Shown one piece after another: positions 61,866-64,000 of a stretch of 64,000 bases of DNA. Position 1 is the first letter of the stretch. Every line of letters starts with the position of its first letter. Under the pieces are notes generated by a model that saw only the letters and a list, made by a program, of their open reading frames with translations, did no database searches and was not told the origin of the DNA. Origin of the DNA: Nibricoccus sp. (lineage in GTDB: Bacteria > Verrucomicrobiota > Verrucomicrobiia > Opitutales > Opitutaceae); the NCBI GenBank assembly GCA_047602425.1, contig JASGHG010000001.1:160001-224000 (forward strand), in the 5' to 3' direction. Position numbers and translations under genes: made by a program.

Positions 61866-61893
61866 CCATCACCTATCACCAATCACTCATCAC
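61866..61893 (+). repeat. heptamer tandem repeat (NNATCAC x4)
   Basis: CCATCAC CTATCAC CAATCAC TCATCAC between nirA and the flavoprotein gene. Confidence 0.75.
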
Positions 61894-61901
61894 CCGTTTT
61901 C

Positions 61902-63563
61902 ATGTCCGTTCCCGTCATTCCCGAATCCGCACCTTTCTCCGCCGAGCAGCGCGCCTGGCTCAACGGCTTCTTCGCCGGCATGTTCTCCCGCGCTCCGGGT
62001 GGCGCCGTCGCGCCCGCCGCCCCCGCACTGACGCCGCTCACCGTCGTCTTCGCCTCGCAGACCGGCACCGCCGAACGCCTCGCCAAAAAGGCCGCCAAGC
62101 TCGCCGGCAAGCGCGGCTTTGCGCCCACCGTGCTCGACGCTTCGCAAGCCTCCCTCGAAAAACTCTCCCAGGAAAATGCCGTGCTCGTTGTTTCCTCCAC
62201 TTATGGTGAAGGGGAACCGCCCGACAGTGCCAAGGCGCTCTACACCGCCTTGCAGGGCGCCAGCGGCACGCCGTTCGCCAACCTTCGCTACAGCCTCTGC
62301 GCGCTCGGCGATTCCAAATACGCCAAATTCTGCCAGGCTGGGAAGGACTTCGATCTCTTCTTCGAAAAACTCGGCGCCAAACGCGTATCCGACCGCGTCG
62401 AGTGCGACGTCGGACAGGACGAAAAATACACCAAGTGGCTCGATGCCGCGCTCGCCAACCTTTCTGCCTCCACTCCCTCCCCGTCTACCGAAACCACGCC
62501 CGAGGAGGAAGACGATGATCATCCCAAAACTTTCCTCGCCCCGGTGATCGACGTCCACCACGTCACCGGCGAAGGCTCCGCCAAGGAGGTCAACCACATT
62601 GCCTTTTCGCTGAAAGATTCTGGCCTCACCTACGCCGCCGGCGACGCCCTGTCGGTCATGCCCACTAACGATCCCGCGCTCGTCGCCGACCTTCTTGCCG
62701 CCCTCGGGTGCGACGGCGAGGAGGCCGTGGGCGAAACGTCCCTCCGCCACGCTCTCACGACCGCCTACGATCTCGCCAAGCCCACCGCCGAACTTCTCGC
62801 GCTGCTCAATCTCACTACCACGAATCCCGCGCCATTCCATGTAATTGACGCCGTGCTCGCCGCCGCAACTAAGCCCAAGGCCCAGGAGTTCGTCGGCACG
62901 CTCAAGAAACTTCAGCCGCGCCTCTACTCGATTTCCTCCTCGCCCGCCGCGCACCCCGACGAGGTTCATCTCACCGTGGGTGCCGTTCGCTACGAAAAAG
63001 ATGGCCGTCGCCGCACCGGTGTCGCCTCGACCTTCCTAGCCGAGCGCGCCCTCGCCGCCGGCAAGGTTGCCGTCAGCGTCCATCCGAACACCAGTTTCCG
63101 CCCGCCCGAAAACGGCGACCTGCCCGTCATCATGATTGGGCCCGGCACCGGCATCGCCCCGTTCCGCGCCTTCCTCGAAGCCCGCGCCGCAACCAACGCC
63201 AAGGGCAAAAACTGGCTCTTCTTCGGCGACCAGCATGAGAAATCCGATTTCCTCTACCGCGAACAAATCCTTGCTTGGAAGGCGTCCGGCCACCTCACGA
63301 ACCTCGACCTCGCCTGGTCGCGCGACCAGAAGGACAAGGTCTACGTGCAGCACAAGATCCTCGCCGCCGCCACGGAACTCTGGAGCTGGCTCGAAGCCGG
63401 CGCACATATCTACATCTGCGGCGATGCCTCGCGCATGGCGAAGGATGTCCATGCCGCCCTCCTCGAAGTCATCCAGACTGCCGGCAAAAAGTCGCCCGCA
63501 GAGGCTGCCAAGTATCTTGAAACACTCCAGACCGCCAAACGTTACGCGCGCGATGTCTACTGA
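61902..63563 (+). CDS. CysJ-like diflavin reductase (flavodoxin plus FAD/NADPH domains)
   Basis: [57 protein letters not shown] and RYARDVY. Confidence 0.93.
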   Translation: MSVPVIPESAPFSAEQRAWLNGFFAGMFSRAPGGAVAPAAPALTPLTVVFASQTGTAERLAKKAAKLAGKRGFAPTVLDASQASLEKLSQENAVLVVSSTYGEGEPPDSAKALYTALQGASGTPFANLRYSLCALGDSKYAKFCQAGKDFDLFFEKLGAKRVSDRVECDVGQDEKYTKWLDAALANLSASTPSPSTETTPEEEDDDHPKTFLAPVIDVHHVTGEGSAKEVNHIAFSLKDSGLTYAAGDALSVMPTNDPALVADLLAALGCDGEEAVGETSLRHALTTAYDLAKPTAELLALLNLTTTNPAPFHVIDAVLAAATKPKAQEFVGTLKKLQPRLYSISSSPAAHPDEVHLTVGAVRYEKDGRRRTGVASTFLAERALAAGKVAVSVHPNTSFRPPENGDLPVIMIGPGTGIAPFRAFLEARAATNAKGKNWLFFGDQHEKSDFLYREQILAWKASGHLTNLDLAWSRDQKDKVYVQHKILAAATELWSWLEAGAHIYICGDASRMAKDVHAALLEVIQTAGKKSPAEAAKYLETLQTAKRYARDVY

Positions 63564-64000
63564 GGTTCCCACCTCTTCTTCCAAGCCCAGCGAGCCGTCC
63601 GCCAGTTCGCTCTCCAGCTTCCTCAGCGATCTGCTGATCGAACAGCAGCGCCTCCAGACGCCCGTCGCGCGTTTTTCCGATGCGCACGATCGCGGCGCTT
63701 CTCCCGCGCTCGAACCGATCTACCGCGACCTCATCCCGCTTTCGAAACCCGGTCCTGGCGAACAGTACGCTTTCGAGGTCGATCTCGATGCTTGCAGCGG
63801 TTGCAAGGCCTGCGTCGCCGGCTGCCATTCGCTCAACGGCCTCGACGAAGAAGAAACCTGGCGCGACGTCGGTCTGCTCGTTGGCGGCACGCGCTCGCAT
63901 CCTTTTCAGCAGACCGTAACCAGCGCCTGTCACCACTGCGCCGATCCCGGTTGCCTCAATGGCTGCCCCGTTCTCGCCTACGAAAAAGACCCGCTCACCG
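63553..64000 (+). CDS. DmsB-like 4Fe-4S dicluster protein (5' part, runs off window edge)
   Basis: Hand translation from ATG at 63553: ...[25 protein letters not shown]...[24 protein letters not shown]. Confidence 0.88.
   Translation, partial: MSTEVPTSSSKPSEPSASSLSSFLSDLLIEQQRLQTPVARFSDAHDRGASPALEPIYRDLIPLSKPGPGEQYAFEVDLDACSGCKACVAGCHSLNGLDEEETWRDVGLLVGGTRSHPFQQTVTSACHHCADPGCLNGCPVLAYEKDPLT

Overview
A 64-kb bacterial chromosomal window of about 60% GC. Gene content and style suggest Verrucomicrobiota, probably Opitutaceae (inference only). Left to right: (1) an mcsA-mcsB-clpC proteostasis operon without ctsR, behind a sigma54-type promoter, then ilvE and a frameshifted CBS/DRTGG family II pyrophosphatase; (2) glnS and gltX, which converge on an ~19-kb accessory region of lipoproteins, beta-barrels, small enzymes and a chemoreceptor; (3) hpf and an L-Ara4N lipid A modification (arn) cluster with split ArnA, interrupted by foreign genes; (4) miscellaneous genes, an LptF/G permease and tRNA-Arg(ACG); (5) a large nitrate/nitrite assimilation cluster running off the right edge. 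The strongest unexplained signal is that the DNA downstream of glnS holds at least three, probably four, degenerate same-strand copies of the last 30-70 nt of glnS, interleaved with cargo genes, plus two other repeat families. This looks like a serial gene-capture array at the glnS 3' end with no integrase in the window. Also notable: three nitrate-cluster promoters in which an ATGA-N7-TCAT LysR-type box lies a fixed 64-65 bp upstream of a sigma54 -24/-12 element, a 597-aa orphan ending in a RelE-like domain inside the arn cluster, and a CZB zinc site in the periplasmic part of a chemoreceptor. All product calls come from motif recognition by eye; no database searches were run.
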